64,000 nucleotides of DNA from NCBI GenBank assembly GCA_040222015.1, contig JAVJWO010000022.1:1-64000 (forward strand), in the 5' to 3' direction. The notes beneath the pieces were generated by a model. It did not search any database and was not told where the DNA came from. It saw only the letters and a list, made by a program, of their open reading frames with translations. Below are positions 61,592 through 64,000 of this stretch, in pieces. Within the stretch, counting starts at the first letter, position 1, and each line of letters opens with the position of its first letter. The position numbers and the translations under genes were made by a program. The DNA is from Coleofasciculus chthonoplastes F2-STO-03 (lineage in GTDB: Bacteria; Cyanobacteriota; Cyanobacteriia; Cyanobacteriales; Coleofasciculaceae).

Positions 61592-62566
61592 ATGAAATTT
61601 TCCGAACTATCACTTGGGATAAAAAAGCCATTACTGTCGGCTAAACCTCTGGGACAGACGCCAGGTAAATTACCCACTCTAGGGCTATTTACTAACTCAA
61701 CTGTTCATAACTTAGACATACTTTCTTCCACGGGTAGAACTGTATTAGCGGCTATCTCTCAAACAGAGGAAAAGCAACCTGTCAGGTTGGCAGAAAATGC
61801 TCAAGCTAACGATGGCGTTGGATTGAGGAACGACACCCAAGGGTCAAGTATTCCCAGAAACCGGGTTTCTGGTGAGGATAACAACGAAATATCGGCATTT
61901 TATCCAAAGGTTAATCAAGCCAAATCCTTTCCACAACTCCCCCTGAGTTGGCAAGACTTAAACACCATAATTTCTTTAGGTCAATTTGATGGTTTAGGTT
62001 GGTCTTCTCTTCAATCTTTGCAGGTGTTAAATCTGACTCCTGAAACTTCAATCGATCAGGAATTAGGGGAATTGTCCTTAAGCAGTTCCGAGAATAATCA
62101 GAATCGTTTACTTGAGTTAAGTCTTTCACGATTGAACTCAATCTCTTTAGACAAGAGTCATTCAGATTTAAATCTAGATAGTCAATCCTCTAGTCAAACT
62201 ACACCAACCTCTTGGGAGAGTTTGGCTGAATTAATTGGTGAAGATAGTTCTGTTTCTAGTCAGGATAGGGATAATGAATATATCGAAGGGTTCATGTTTA
62301 CCCCAGAAGGATTTCGTCCCATTTATGCTAATCCAATAAAAACATCTGGTGATGTAGCGGATTTAATTGAAGCGGAAGCAAAAACAGTTTCTGAAACCGA
62401 TCAAACTCCTAGAGTAACGGTTCAACCTTCAGTAACAGTCGTTCAACCCTCCCAATCCAGCGAATCAGAACTTGTCAGTGAATCTAATTTGCGGATGTTG
62501 GCACAAGAAGTCTACAAGTTAGTCCGACAGCGTTTGCAAATTGAGCGAGAACGTTATCGTCGTTAA
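61592..62566 (+). CDS. Low-complexity hypothetical protein, probably CIS-associated
   Basis: N-terminal PL(G) repeats, PTSWESLAEL, C-terminal LAQEVYKLVRQRLQIERER helix. Confidence 0.65.
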   Translation: MKFSELSLGIKKPLLSAKPLGQTPGKLPTLGLFTNSTVHNLDILSSTGRTVLAAISQTEEKQPVRLAENAQANDGVGLRNDTQGSSIPRNRVSGEDNNEISAFYPKVNQAKSFPQLPLSWQDLNTIISLGQFDGLGWSSLQSLQVLNLTPETSIDQELGELSLSSSENNQNRLLELSLSRLNSISLDKSHSDLNLDSQSSSQTTPTSWESLAELIGEDSSVSSQDRDNEYIEGFMFTPEGFRPIYANPIKTSGDVADLIEAEAKTVSETDQTPRVTVQPSVTVVQPSQSSESELVSESNLRMLAQEVYKLVRQRLQIERERYRR

Positions 62567-62703
62567 GCTTTTTATAACATGGAATTATAAACTATACTTA
62601 TTTAATCAAAAACCATCTATAGCTGATACTAGATTTAGGTTAACTGCCTCCGCTTTTATAGAGGGAAATCAGAGAAAACAATGGTAAAATTAAGGAAACT
62701 AAA

Positions 62704-63435
62704 ATGGAGCAAATCAGTAAATATCGCTTAAATTCAAAGCTGAAACTGATACTAATCGGGGGTTTAGTTGTTTTTCTGATTATTGCCAACAAACATTTCG
62801 ACATTCGGGAACTTTTGCAAACCGCCTTACATTGGGTTGAAAGTCTTGGTGTCTTAGCGCCCATTGTATATATAATTATCTACAACCTAGCAACAGTACT
62901 ATTTATTCCGGGTTCTCTCTTGACTCTAAAAGGAGGTTGCTTGTTTGGCTTGCTTTGGGGTTCAATCTATGTCACGATCGCGGCAATGTTTGGCGCCATT
63001 TTTGCTTTCCTAATTGGACGCTATCTCTCGCGGGATTGGGTTTATAAACAGATTGAACATCATCCAAAATTCAAAGCGATTAATCAAGCCGTGAAGACAG
63101 AAGGATGGAAAATTGTCCTCCTGACTCGCCTTTCTCCTATCTTTCCGTTTAACCTACTCAATTACCTATTTGGTGTTACTCAAGTTTCTATCAAAGACTA
63201 TGTTTTGGGTTCCATTGGGATGATTCCAGCCACCTTGGTGTACGTGTACATCGGTTCCCTGGCTAGCAATTTAGCCACAGTCAATATGTCTAATCAACCC
63301 ACCACACAGGAAACTCAAATCGCTAAATGGGTGATTCGGATAATTGGTTTAATTGCGACGATTGCGGTAACGGTCTACCTAGCCCATATTGCCAAGAAAG
63401 CTTTAGATGAAACTGTTGTACAGGAAGAAGTCTAA
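62704..63435 (+). CDS. TVP38/TMEM64 (DedA/SNARE-associated) membrane protein
   Basis: FIPGS.LTL.GG.LFG, RLSPIFPFNLLNY and GMIPAT motifs. Confidence 0.92.
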   Translation: MEQISKYRLNSKLKLILIGGLVVFLIIANKHFDIRELLQTALHWVESLGVLAPIVYIIIYNLATVLFIPGSLLTLKGGCLFGLLWGSIYVTIAAMFGAIFAFLIGRYLSRDWVYKQIEHHPKFKAINQAVKTEGWKIVLLTRLSPIFPFNLLNYLFGVTQVSIKDYVLGSIGMIPATLVYVYIGSLASNLATVNMSNQPTTQETQIAKWVIRIIGLIATIAVTVYLAHIAKKALDETVVQEEV

Positions 63436-63753
63436 TTCGGAGCTGGCGGATCTAAGCATCATCTAAGCATCAATTAGCTGTAGAGCATCCACTGCACATT
63501 AGTTTAGCGGCTAAGTATATCATCGCCACACTCGTACTGCACGTTATTTACGGAGCGTACTGATTTTCCTCGACTAACCTACATCTCCTCTAACCAAGTT
63601 TCAATGGCGGAATTTTAACTGTGTTAGTCCAGTAGTGAGCAAGATGCTCACACTCCTGCTATTGCATTTGTCCACTATCGTGAGTTTCACATCTCAAATG
63701 AAAACACTATATGGGAAAATTTACTCAAACGGCGATCGCGGAATGGAACGGAC

Positions 63754-64000
63754 ATGAGAACGTTTAAGTGGGTGATTTGGGGACTCTTAGGAATAATCTG
63801 TGCGATCGCGCTAATCTATTTTTCCCCGGAACCCCAACCTGCTGTTCCTCAGGAGTCCAGTTACACCCTGAGTCAACCAGCAGGAAATCAACCGTCTTTT
63901 TATCCCCTTGAGCAAGACATTGACCCAACCTTCTATCACTCTGTCGGTGATTGGGTGGGACGATTAATTTTACCCAATCCGGAAGAAATAACCGCCAATT
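63754..64000 (+). CDS. Partial CDS (N-terminus), resembles cyanobacterial CAAX protease/Abi-associated proteins
   Basis: Open frame to the window end: MRTFKWVIWGLLGIICAIALIYF...FYPLEQ...WVGRLILP. Confidence 0.5.
   Translation, partial: MRTFKWVIWGLLGIICAIALIYFSPEPQPAVPQESSYTLSQPAGNQPSFYPLEQDIDPTFYHSVGDWVGRLILPNPEEITAN

Overview
Chromosomal window from a filamentous cyanobacterium. Evidence: psaD, GUN4, cyanobacterial 6S RNA, many HIP1 GCGATCGC octamers, and heptamer STRR and REP-like repeats; an Oscillatoriales/Coleofasciculus-like source is an inference. The core is housekeeping: cobO, psaD, trpE, icd, lptA/B/F-G, coaBC, tRNA-Pro(GGG), intein-containing class II RNR nrdJ, and 6S RNA. It is interspersed with signalling genes: a Ser/Thr kinase, a LOV + cyanobacteriochrome histidine kinase, a 1987-aa Ser/Thr-kinase/AAA/GAF/PAS/HK hybrid with two receivers, CHASE2 and two DUF928 genes. 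Three observations stand out. (1) Four tandem PEP-CTERM genes each have an 11-bp-period direct-repeat array upstream, a candidate unknown regulon. (2) A 737-bp IS607-like non-autonomous element (RHH-like microprotein, internally deleted tnpB, probable omega-RNA) is inserted at a GG that splits a terminator hairpin. (3) An output-less CHASE2 sensor is tightly linked to an unannotated 52-aa ORF and a contractile-injection-system tube-family gene. Also seen: an intein whose two LAGLIDADG acidic residues are both Asn, an ATPase+TPR pair split by nested repeats, a triplicated Crp-like domain and several decayed genes. All family assignments come from motif recognition, not database searches.
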